A stretch of DNA of 32,000 bases from Candidatus Omnitrophota bacterium (GCA_963662715.1 OY759724.1:750001-782000), one strand, 5' to 3'. Counted from the first letter of the stretch, positions 6,401 to 12,782 are shown. Made by a program: numbers and translations. The notes: generated by a model from the letters alone, not told the origin.

Positions 6401-8752
6401 AGAAGACGGTTCTGCAACTTTGGCAATAATGTTCAACTCAGGTATCTTTAGATCTTGTTCGGGCAAAATATTAACAGGAAGCATTTCTAAAGCGGGTTTA
6501 TTTTGTTGGCTCTGATGATAATCGTCCAGGAGTTCCCGCGTCACTATCAAATAAAAATTCTGGTATTTATCCACCGCAATGGCCTGCACCGGATAACGTT
6601 TAAACCCGTCCGGACCTTGTGTATAAAAATAATCCTTAATCCCTTCTGCGGCATAATCTGTGGTTAAATCAGTAAAAGAAAAGATTATTTTTCGATCACT
6701 TAAATTAATCTCCGTAGCAGCTACCAGCTTTTTGTTCGTATCACGCACGCCTACTGTAAACATCAACTCCTTCATACCTAATTGCGACGTCTGCCAATGT
6801 ATTGAAAGATATTTATTATTAAATTCGATTAATCCATACTGCCCCTGCGGGTCCTGCACGACATTCACCCCTTGTTGTTTTTCCAATGCTTGGGCGAGCT
6901 GGGTGTAAAGATTCTTGACCTTCCCCTCTGCCGAAATCGCCGAGGAAGCATTGTCAGGTGGGATAGGAGTAGATATCGATATAACCGAAATTCTTTCCGG
7001 GATAACGACTTTTTCTTCATCCATTTTTTGTAGCATTAACGATCCGGTAACATATCCATCAGTATGATCCTCTCCTTCTCCGACAATTACATATCCAGGA
7101 GGGATAGAAGATCGGTCCACGGTTTCACCATTGCTAATGGCGGCAGATCCATAACTTATTCTTTCCCCGGGAATATATTGTATTTCTTCTTTTTCAGGAA
7201 TATACTCAACTTTAAAATCATTCCCTCCTTTTCTGATCTTCCAGGCCTCATGAAGATGCCTTAAAACTTCGTCATCAGCTTTTAATTTTGTCGATTTTCC
7301 TTCCAGCACTTGTTGAACTCTTCCCCTCAAATCCTCCTCAACTTGAAAAAGATTTATGACGATAGGATCATCTTTAGCTGTTAATTTCAAGTTAGATAAT
7401 GCTGTGTTAACTCTTTGAATATTCGAACTCCCAAGCTTGAATAAATTCCAGCTAATATATAACCGCTTTAATATCGGGGAAGAACTCCCTTCTGTTGGGG
7501 ATAAATCATCCAACCCTTTATCTGCATTCTCAACCAGCTCGATGCTCACCCGTCTGTCCTTACCCTTCGTCGACTCAGGCTGCGTGATCGCCGAACTCAC
7601 GCGTCCCGGCAGCCGGCCCGGCTGGCCGCGCAAGACCTCCAGTTTGTCCACCGTCACAACGCCTACGCCCAACCCCCCGGAAAAATATTTCCGCGGTATC
7701 ACCTGCTGCGTCGCTTCATCGTAATCTTCCCGTATATAGTTGTAGACGCCTTGCTTGAACGCGTCCAGATACTGCTGGTATATCTTCTCCTTTATCTCTT
7801 TGTCTTCAACATCGATCCCCTTCACCTTGTTCCGGTCCATGTACACCTGGCCCAATAAACTGTCCCGCAAATTCTTCTTGTACCAGGTCGCCAGGATCAT
7901 TGAGTTGTAGATCTGCCGCAAGTTCGCGAACGTCTGCCCTTCATTCACTTCCTTCTCTATCGCCGGAAGGATAATATCCTTGACGATCTTTGAGGACAGT
8001 TCATTCAGCTCCTTGGCCTGCCCTTCTGACTGTTTGTGCAACCCCAGGTCTTTGCTCTGCAGATTGTGCTCTAACGCCAGATAATCCTCTTCCAGCATCA
8101 CCTTCAAGTGCCGTTCCACCACAAACGCGCTGCCCTCATGCTCATAGACAACCGCCTTATCCGGCACGATCCATACCTTATTAAATGTGTTTACCGGGAT
8201 GTTTGTCGTGCCGTACAGCTCATAGGCCTTTTTATAGACTTTATTCCAGAACGCCTGGCCCAGGTCCTCTTCCGGATACATCAACGAAGCGGTGAGCTGT
8301 TTCAGCAGGTAATCCTGGGAGAGCATGTCCTTGCCCATTTCCGTAACGCCCAACCCTTCGGGGATGATCCGGTTGTTTTCATATGGCGATAAGTTGACCC
8401 ACAGTTCATCTTCGGGGACCGTCAAAGCCGCCAGGAAATACTTGATCAGCCTCTGCGACTCGGCTTCAAAAGAGGCTCCTTTTAAATCCTTGTCTCCCGT
8501 ATCAATAATGAAATCAAACTGCAGAGGGTTGTCCGGATGGATGGTGAGCCCCCGCAGGATCGCCGGGGCAAATGTCTCGCTGATCTTAAGGATCCTCCCC
8601 GGCTGCGGCAGGGAGAAGACAGCAGCCCGCTCTTCTTTGGCCCACCCCGGTGTCGGTATAAGGACAGACGACAATAAAAAGACCGCGGCCATGCCGGCCG
8701 ATAAAAGGCGGCGGAATATAATATTCGACTTTGTTATAAATAACTCAAACAT
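440..8752 (-). CDS. Giant (2770 aa) secreted modular protein: signal peptide, conserved head domain, two hydrophobic-helix + HEAT-repeat arrays, conserved C-terminal tail motif
   Basis: This is the longest ORF in the window. The N-terminus has a basic stretch (FRR), a hydrophobic core (LLSAGMAAVFLLSSVL) and PTPGWA/KEE, which looks like a signal peptide. Residues ~45-375 form the head domain shared with the 27311..32000 ORF. Recurrent A[IV]P[LV]L..L motifs indicate HEAT/PBS-lyase-like repeats. The C-terminal GGIDFNPAALDLQIKRDGQGVPLPLPQQPV...FLPVIINIAPV motif is shared with the other giant. All + strand ORFs inside it are short antisense shadows. Confidence 0.9.
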   Translation of the reverse strand: MFELFITKSNIIFRRLLSAGMAAVFLLSSVLIPTPGWAKEERAAVFSLPQPGRILKISETFAPAILRGLTIHPDNPLQFDFIIDTGDKDLKGASFEAESQRLIKYFLAALTVPEDELWVNLSPYENNRIIPEGLGVTEMGKDMLSQDYLLKQLTASLMYPEEDLGQAFWNKVYKKAYELYGTTNIPVNTFNKVWIVPDKAVVYEHEGSAFVVERHLKVMLEEDYLALEHNLQSKDLGLHKQSEGQAKELNELSSKIVKDIILPAIEKEVNEGQTFANLRQIYNSMILATWYKKNLRDSLLGQVYMDRNKVKGIDVEDKEIKEKIYQQYLDAFKQGVYNYIREDYDEATQQVIPRKYFSGGLGVGVVTVDKLEVLRGQPGRLPGRVSSAITQPESTKGKDRRVSIELVENADKGLDDLSPTEGSSSPILKRLYISWNLFKLGSSNIQRVNTALSNLKLTAKDDPIVINLFQVEEDLRGRVQQVLEGKSTKLKADDEVLRHLHEAWKIRKGGNDFKVEYIPEKEEIQYIPGERISYGSAAISNGETVDRSSIPPGYVIVGEGEDHTDGYVTGSLMLQKMDEEKVVIPERISVISISTPIPPDNASSAISAEGKVKNLYTQLAQALEKQQGVNVVQDPQGQYGLIEFNNKYLSIHWQTSQLGMKELMFTVGVRDTNKKLVAATEINLSDRKIIFSFTDLTTDYAAEGIKDYFYTQGPDGFKRYPVQAIAVDKYQNFYLIVTRELLDDYHQSQQNKPALEMLPVNILPEQDLKIPELNIIAKVAEPSSLGRQSQVRLTREETRRLEQARRDFYQALGARVKEKLEESGISETYRIATSTSDMNTYLKTVQDLIGKFVESSQFWIEFAEVRELIDRKTSFSTFGEPVSLDEFDMRKIRYIVNLIGYELFFSLFDQVAKEHGIILNLRLMNEQLLPEWAGRRGDIFVPRSLNRQMKRIKEAVERDNPFYRDLKGNVYPVEKMTAADIQRVSSGITSINLSGFIPGTIAGALKNGFTSIAKGQQVDLSFVSPLLEEGQKYVSSPVTGAEFINAYSIGAAIAAGGLGTVWGLWRHTTKRGAFYGLDGSYSWTRYKAKRKLLEQYDLSDEEKAEVYRRILLRVTKKGLDLTDNYSEIMDAIKGMGIYQSKQAILPLISLLYDFRFRLDRDHRGAAVKESILESLTSLAGDFTLYHIRSLLDHPDRDIHVFALNLIAHLNMRAAIPLLQPLLIKAKNDAGMRVLLNYILARLGQQGHVPALLEWLQGVHEASAGRIPEQVFKGMDVLKEYDQENYKSLLTAWLGDDVDQAMRIFAVGRMFELQAENRQPLFDKFGKDRAIGEGEQSAEIVVIREAADEMLQSLGCSTREDYGRIIRTLNRMPGAFKDIEEVQPAPEGERLRRVKSLDKKDLYRLLSEPAVVAQITDTVIRKRRLGSLESLLRSTNAVDRDAAIQITAGLNRKTAVPLLESRLNEAVTPENRVLFMLALERFGVQGDLQTYIQWARNLRSPTPGQMRVLEAELLDIIRMRDEESFAGILVEWVDQPYPGAGYNLKRHAVRRLAEYLRETADDRYMRLGEDILAREKDGEDLYIIRADVLSFLQSLGLNTRAGLADYLRILKQHEEGAFGLSRLDEYLEDLNIKAIKVINLERALTLFSRPGFSRDLLNAGVDKGRFVTALITALQGSKDHAESIARGLAELADVKALDALYDVMFEATSLGVIDAFIHISNIYGLTDARTLAVNRTYASLNAILPKNKVAAFFIEGLEIVLSGDNFMVNYRPEKTEHKHHEAVTETIHHEGYLDEYEDYDDVSYVSGYTMPRKTRWVEAWDQVKVIEPARDELVSVIPERIELVQTGTSDSPVSSPVVTADSELQSSPITLAGVLNGGLLSVANGQTVDLSFTRPLTEAGLINEYTIGGAIALTAAWKIYKFWRLHTMRGNVHLLRIDSNDYYNKLSKERMIGYGAKIIPHLIRVLKNPKTTHAYKAEEILVVLREDIRDDQIKEIAKELPLVSAVKILTGMIINSDRKEPILSVLLNTAGIDDVLYKILANHQVPDSVRLSILDFIADSHKGNAAEPLLNLLSEENKVILNAVEGVLEKLGVTKEKLVKAYIMAAQKGKGIARLRAVRTLGDLLGDSADLDNKGAIEVLTGLLYEDDEPLIKAVESSLNKLGVALSDLIDTYISILEKGKGKSAKLNAVKVLENLRVKKAVPVLLKMFSEADIDLLEAVDQALKTLEVSEAELAGAYLRASQYSEGFYEAPLSSRIWTMQALGKVEDRETLRSLFEIKDFLRNKETFVALEEILRTGGVTEDEIVEFIDTHHRRYPDMRLEIISDILWGRGYRGASAVKLYKRAMEALLDRIAREPEELVFPILWDPNEGAGPENQTWGRDTEVIGEHRIPNATRQGYEEEYAEWTKRLNENVSSAIHQKDKAEVINITDSFDTASSPVAILPEYQASWDIFEQKWQEALRTPVQKDQRMMEEELKHLLHFNMPEAIMAKAQEALKARLPQSIIDKIAWDVPSLPYASVTYFTTDPRQKEQVTEETVAVLDQLIPGRVGAFKFMAQGIGMFQGKAIFIPMLMTDNARDEVKGLQDQFFDMTQKGPKFDPFVAHATFGWIVEDLTGDEPEILLKAIEDIRYEHWGDVDVDSVVLSERWFYQDRARDYRQEIKRYELGKEPEPASSPLGGIDFNPAALDLQIKRDGQGVPLPLPQQPVGDMRIDGFLPVIINIAPVNIPLLLGLTEEGPEESPPSATRRSALPSDSREKFYAGREKDISWLN
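8357..8706. repeat. Copy B of the ~350-bp near-identical segment (5' coding end of the 2770-aa gene)
   Basis: Same manual alignment as for 1..350, at an offset of 8356 nt. Confidence 0.85.
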
Positions 8753-8868
8753 AAAAATTTTTTAGGGTGGACAGGGGCACAAAAATACACTTATGAATTT
8801 TTTCCAAGAGAGGAACTCTTGAAAATACATGAAAGGGTGTAACAGGGTGAAATACTAATATATATTAG

Positions 8869-8897
8869 AGTATATATGATTAATAGAAAAATGTCAA
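8869..8897 (-). promoter_or_regulatory. Sigma70-like promoter for the giant-gene pair (TTGACA-17-TATACT)
   Basis: The minus strand reads TTGACA (8897..8892), then a 17-nt spacer tttttctattaatcata, then TATACT (8874..8869), about 115 nt upstream of the ATG at 8752. The perfect 14-bp palindrome CTAATATATATTAG (8855..8868) abuts the -10 box. Confidence 0.55.
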
Positions 8898-8951
8898 TGA
8901 ATATTGATATTAGAAGAAATTAGGCTTTTTTGCAATTTTGAGCCGAAAAGA

Positions 8952-9341
8952 TTATTCCTCCCAGGCGACTTCCATTCCTACGGCAGGGTCACTGTCCTGT
9001 TGTCTGGCCTGGGATGAGGGCAAAAACTGCACATTACTGGCCACAACTTTCAGGCGGCTGCGTTTTTCTCCGGATTCCGTTGTCCACTGATCCTGCCGGA
9101 GTCTCCCGGTAACGACAACCGGACTTCCCTTTCTTAAATATTTGCTGCAATTCTCCGCCATCTGCCCCCAAACATCAACATCCACAAAAGCCGTATCTTT
9201 CTTTTTTTCACTGTTGATGATATAGGTCCTGTTGCTGGCAACGACAAAAGAAGCGACCTTCCTTCCTCCCGCAACATCTCGCAGGACCACGTCTCTGGCT
9301 AAGTTGCCCCCGAGGATAACACTGTTAATTTCTATCGACAT
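8952..9341 (-). CDS. ssb: Single-stranded DNA-binding protein (OB fold), short form
   Basis: The translation is SSB-like: INSVILGGNLARDVVLR...FVVASNR...FVDVDVWGQMAENCSKYLRKGSPVVVTGRLRQDQW...RLKVVASNVQFL. I place the start at ATG 9341 because AAGGAG (9353..9348) lies 5 nt upstream of it. The GTG at 9347 used by the ORF track overlaps that SD. Confidence 0.85.
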   Translation of the reverse strand: MSIEINSVILGGNLARDVVLRDVAGGRKVASFVVASNRTYIINSEKKKDTAFVDVDVWGQMAENCSKYLRKGSPVVVTGRLRQDQWTTESGEKRSRLKVVASNVQFLPSSQARQQDSDPAVGMEVAWEE

Positions 9342-9409
9342 AGGCACTCCTTTTCTCCGGCTTGGGGTGAACCTTGTTATTGATATTTCCCCGCCTTTTT
9401 CGCTTATTT

Positions 9410-9826
9410 TTAAACAGACTGATCACTGATCTGCGGAGGTTTTCTGGATTTCGGGATCAGGAGCCAGAGGATCACGTAAAGGACAAAGCCTATTCCTCCG
9501 GCAAAGACCATAAGCACGAAAAGAATGCGAAAGAAGACCGGATCAACCTGAAAAAATTCTCCCAGTCCTCCGCAGACTCCCGCAAGCTTGCGGTCCTCGG
9601 TTGATAAAGAAATCCGTCGAGCGACATACGCCTCCGGCTGGTCGGGATCCTGGTTAGGAACCATAATCCACATAATGAAATAGGCAAAAACACCGACGCC
9701 CCCTAACGGAATAAAAAAAATAAAGAGGACTCGGAAAAGGACCGGATCAACGCTGAAATAATCTCCCAGTCCTCCGCATATTCCCGCTAATTTGTAATCT
9801 TCCTTTGAGCGGAATAATTTTTTCAT
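9410..9826 (-). CDS. PspC-domain membrane protein with two tandem PspC domains
   Basis: Two copies of the PspC signature are present: KLAGICGGLGDYFSVDPVLFRVLFIFF and KLAGVCGGLGEFFQVDPVFFRILFVLM, each followed by a hydrophobic helix. I place the start at ATG 9826, preceded by AAGGAGGG with a 6-nt spacer. The longer track ORF (to 9889) has no SD. Confidence 0.85.
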   Translation of the reverse strand: MKKLFRSKEDYKLAGICGGLGDYFSVDPVLFRVLFIFFIPLGGVGVFAYFIMWIMVPNQDPDQPEAYVARRISLSTEDRKLAGVCGGLGEFFQVDPVFFRILFVLMVFAGGIGFVLYVILWLLIPKSRKPPQISDQSV

Positions 9827-10106
9827 GACATGCCCTCCTTCTTTATATTCAATATATTCAGTTTCAAAAAGGAAACCGCCGTTAACCAAAGGCTCCCGTA
9901 TAATACCAATATCCTTTTCCGTTGTCTACAACAAAACTTCTCCTGCCGCCCGTTACGACTCATGCCTTCGTCGTTAACAATCTTCCAGCCCTTTCATGAA
10001 AGACCGGTTCATTTTCAACAAACGCGTTACAGGCCTTTAAGTCTTTGCAAAATATGGCTTTGGTTTTAAACGTATTTGCACAGCAAGCGAAAATCAAGGG
10101 CAGGCA

Positions 10107-10376
10107 TTACGGAGGGGAATCCGGACCGGATTTATGCAGGCGCGTTCCTTTATAAAACAAAAAATAGGCCACGATGATTTCACACAGGATTAAAAACCAG
10201 AACAAATTCGGATGGTCGGTTTGCCTGACATACACGGGCTGGGTCCTTATAAAAAAGTTGGCATGAAGAGTCACAACCTTTGCTTGGACCTGCCACATAA
10301 CCAGGACAGCAAGAAAAAGCCCTCCGCCGACCTGATAAAATGATTTGTCTTCCGGCATAAAAGCATCCCCTTTCAT
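10107..10376 (-). CDS. Hypothetical small membrane protein (two predicted hydrophobic helices)
   Basis: An 89-aa ORF immediately downstream of the lipoprotein gene on the same strand. It has hydrophobic segments GGGLFLAVLVMWQV and LFWFLILCEIIVAYFLF. The internal ATG at 10358 has a better SD (AAGGGGA), so the true start may be there. I recognise no family. Confidence 0.5.
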   Translation of the reverse strand: MKGDAFMPEDKSFYQVGGGLFLAVLVMWQVQAKVVTLHANFFIRTQPVYVRQTDHPNLFWFLILCEIIVAYFLFYKGTRLHKSGPDSPP

Positions 10377-10409
10377 TCCGTCGGGATCTTCAGCATATCA
10401 ACAGGAACC

Positions 10410-12026
10410 TTATTGTGCGGCTCCGGAGAGAGAGACATTCTCGATTTTAAAGGGCATCTCATATTTCTCCGGATTTTCATGGACTTCTAAAACAATTCTG
10501 CCCGTCTCCGGGAATGTGCCTTGGGACAAAGTGAAATGATAGGTTGTCTCCCCGCCCATGGAACTATAACCCTGCGAGACTTGTAAAGGCCTGTCGTCAG
10601 GGCCGAAAATTTTAACCGACTCCACCCGTTCCGGAGAGAGGCTCACCTCCACGTTCATTTGTTGTTTTCCCGGCTCCCATTCACTGTCCTGAATCGAAAC
10701 GATTTTCGCCCCGTAAGACGTCCCCTCGGCCCCGGGAGTGAAGGAGCTTATCTGCAAATCCTTTTCCCGCATACCGGAGGCCACAATATACTCCAGGACA
10801 CCGGAAACTTCCCGGATGCCTTTCACGGCCGCAGAAGGTTTTTCCAAAGTCACTTCAAAAACGGTGAACTTCTTGTCTTTCGAAACATGAGGAAAATTGA
10901 TGTTGCGGGACCACTCATTTTTCGGCAGAAGATTCTCCCCGTTATCAGCCAGGGCCGTTGTCAATGCGCCGCCGGTCACTTTAATGACTTTATCCGGGAG
11001 ATCCCCGATGACCGCCAGGGTGTAACCTTCATCATAGTTAAAGGGCCGGACCTCGTTCTCCATGTCGGAAAAAGCGACAAGCCTGACCCCTCCGATCCTA
11101 AAGGACCCCGGCGCTCTTTCGAGCTTTTTCTTTTCCATAACGCCCAGGTCCTTTAAAACAGCCGCCGGCATCCCGCCTGCCGCAGAAACTTCCTTATTGT
11201 AGTCAAACAAAGGTTCGCCGACATCAACAATCGCTTTTACCGGAGCATTCTGTCCGAACAATTTTTCGTTCAGCATATTATCATCTTCGGGTTTGTCCTT
11301 AAACGGATTGCGTCCGGCCTGAATCTCTGCGCGCATCCACTCTTCGTCATTGAACAGGCTGTCCATGACAGACAACAATTTCTCTCCTGAAAAATGAAAA
11401 AGGAGGCTGCTGTCCTGAGCCGTTTCTAAATTCATGGTTTTAACGACTGCCCCGGGCAGGTAAAAGGTCCGCTTAATCTTGAATTCGGAAAGAACGCCCG
11501 CCATCATGACCCGTGTTTTATCCATCTCGGCCTGTATCTCCTGAATCTTTTCCGCCACCTCGCTTTCTGACAACGGCGACTGTTCCTCTGTTTCAGAAGA
11601 ATCTTCTTCCTCTGCTTCGCTGGACGTGATATTTAAAATAAGCTGTCCGCCCTTCGGCAGGATTTCTATCCGGTCAAACAAATTAAACGACATCCCCCCG
11701 TTGTGGAATTTTAACTGCGACACATCCCTGAAATAAGCCGTGCCTTGAAATATCAGCTTATCATTTCCATCCAGACTGAACGAAATATCTGTCCAGGCAT
11801 CCACGCCTTGAGCTTTCTCCAGTTCTTCTTTTACACAATGTTTCATTTGTTTTTCCGGATCACTGTCCTGTCCGGGGAAACCCAAGTTCATCATAGGGAT
11901 CACGGATTTATGAAGGACTTTACCCGAACCGTCCGGATTAACCGTGTAAGTTTCCTCGATATTCAGACAGCCCGAGACCGCGATCAGAAGGAAAGCAAGC
12001 GTGACCGCCTTGACCAGATTATTCAT
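10410..12026 (-). CDS. Hypothetical lipoprotein (about 538 aa)
   Basis: From ATG 12026 the protein begins MNNLVKAVTLAFLLIAVSGC, a signal peptide with lipobox VSG/C, preceded by GAAAGGTGG. It contains an acidic Ser/Glu linker (SSEAEEEDSSETEEQS). I recognise no family. The + ORFs inside it are antisense shadows. Confidence 0.8.
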   Translation of the reverse strand: MNNLVKAVTLAFLLIAVSGCLNIEETYTVNPDGSGKVLHKSVIPMMNLGFPGQDSDPEKQMKHCVKEELEKAQGVDAWTDISFSLDGNDKLIFQGTAYFRDVSQLKFHNGGMSFNLFDRIEILPKGGQLILNITSSEAEEEDSSETEEQSPLSESEVAEKIQEIQAEMDKTRVMMAGVLSEFKIKRTFYLPGAVVKTMNLETAQDSSLLFHFSGEKLLSVMDSLFNDEEWMRAEIQAGRNPFKDKPEDDNMLNEKLFGQNAPVKAIVDVGEPLFDYNKEVSAAGGMPAAVLKDLGVMEKKKLERAPGSFRIGGVRLVAFSDMENEVRPFNYDEGYTLAVIGDLPDKVIKVTGGALTTALADNGENLLPKNEWSRNINFPHVSKDKKFTVFEVTLEKPSAAVKGIREVSGVLEYIVASGMREKDLQISSFTPGAEGTSYGAKIVSIQDSEWEPGKQQMNVEVSLSPERVESVKIFGPDDRPLQVSQGYSSMGGETTYHFTLSQGTFPETGRIVLEVHENPEKYEMPFKIENVSLSGAAQ

Positions 12027-12240
12027 AATGTCCACCTTTCTGAAGAATAGTCCAATTAATGAAAAAAAGCCTTTAGGCAAGCATTTTTCGTTCATTCACG
12101 GCCTGGAACCGGCCGGACACCTTTTCATCTTAACAATAGTGATGCCCTGTGTCTACGGGAAAAAAAGACATTTACCCGCTGTTTTCTTTGGCGGTAACTT
12201 CATTATCCTCAACATATTATGAAAACAAATCTGCTGGTCT

Positions 12241-12269
12241 TTGCTGCTGGCAAAACCCGGTTTTATATT
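12241..12269 (+). promoter_or_regulatory. Candidate sigma70-like promoter (TTGCTG-17-TATATT) for the riboswitch-controlled transcript
   Basis: TTGCTG lies at 12241..12246, followed by a 17-nt spacer and TATATT at 12264..12269, about 30 nt upstream of the candidate aptamer. This rests on sequence pattern only. Confidence 0.35.
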
Positions 12270-12295
12270 TTATACTTTATATTAGATATAGCGGA

Positions 12296-12380
12296 CTGAA
12301 CGATAAAGGCAAAACCGGTGTAAACCGGTGGCGCAAAGCTATAGGGTCCTTCAAAAGGATAGCCTGGCTGCCGAAGAAGT
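12296..12380 (+). promoter_or_regulatory. Candidate c-di-GMP-I (GEMM-I) riboswitch aptamer
   Basis: The sequence reads AAAGGCAAAACC-[ACCGGU GUAA ACCGGU]-GGCGCAAAGC-[GCUAU..CCUU CAA AAGG AUAGC]-CUGGCUGCCGAAG. P1 pairs GGCA 12308..12311 with UGCC 12369..12372. P2 is a perfect 6-bp stem (12314..12319 / 12324..12329) capped by the GNRA tetraloop GUAA. The conserved CGCAAAGC junction is at 12332..12339. P3 pairs 12338..12342 with 12359..12363 and carries an internal bulge. From memory, this layout and the GGCAAA / CGCAAAGC / UGCCGAA strings match the GEMM-I consensus and the V. cholerae Vc2 aptamer. Confidence 0.65.
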
Positions 12381-12388
12381 CAAAGAAA

Positions 12389-12428
12389 ACAGGCTTATTC
12401 CTTATTGAGGGGATGAGCCTGTTTTTTT
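12389..12428 (+). terminator. Rho-independent terminator (riboswitch expression platform)
   Basis: An 11-bp stem pairs 12390..12400 (CAGGCUUAUUC) with 12411..12421 (GGAUGAGCCUG, including G-U pairs). The loop is 10 nt and a run of 7 T follows at 12422..12428. AGCCUG also occurs inside the aptamer (12361..12366) and could pair with CAGGCU 12390..12395 as an antiterminator. Confidence 0.7.
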
Positions 12429-12513
12429 GGCCAAACGAGGTCAAAGGCCAAAACAGGAATACAAAAGCTCTGTGACCACTTTTCAGCCGGGTCTGCCTAG
12501 AAAGGAGACACTT

Positions 12514-12747
12514 ATGCAACGAATGAGATGGGCGGCTCTAATCCTCTTGATGGTGATTTCTCCGTCTTTGGGACAAGCGGAAATGCTGGCAAAAACCTCC
12601 GTGCTTAACAAACCACAGAAACAAGAACAGGTCGTTAAGAAAAAAGGCGCGATGATCAAAATCGGAAGTGTGCCTTACAGTAAAGACGGAGTGCTGAGAA
12701 AAGGAGCTGCGCTTAAAATAGGCTCCTATCCTTTGACCGAAAGTTAA
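12514..12747 (+). CDS. Small secreted Lys-rich protein (77 aa) with an internal GxxxKIGSxP repeat
   Basis: ATG 12514 is preceded by AAAGGAG (12501..12507). The protein begins MQRMRWAALILLMVISPSLGQA/EM, a signal peptide. The mature part contains GAMIKIGSVPY and GAALKIGSYPL. It lies downstream of the riboswitch and terminator. The longer track ORF (from 12427) would start inside the terminator. Confidence 0.65.
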   Translation: MQRMRWAALILLMVISPSLGQAEMLAKTSVLNKPQKQEQVVKKKGAMIKIGSVPYSKDGVLRKGAALKIGSYPLTES

Positions 12748-12782
12748 TGAACACGTATTAGAACTTGGACGATAAATCATAA

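Noticed and set aside
8639-8752. A twin-arginine-like string in the giant-protein signal peptides (PRRFLSAG in the 1..402 copy, FRRLLSAG in the 2770-aa copy).
   Set aside because: It resembles the Tat consensus S/T-R-R-x-F-L-K, but Tat export of a folded 2770-aa protein seems implausible and the second copy deviates from the motif. I treat it as a generic Sec-type n-region until a predictor says otherwise.
12149-12519. ORFs 12149..12475 (+, 108 aa) and 12277..12519 (-, 80 aa) in the intergenic region.
   Set aside because: They overlap the candidate riboswitch and its terminator, have no SD, and translate to implausible sequence. The RNA-element interpretation explains the conservation-like structure better.
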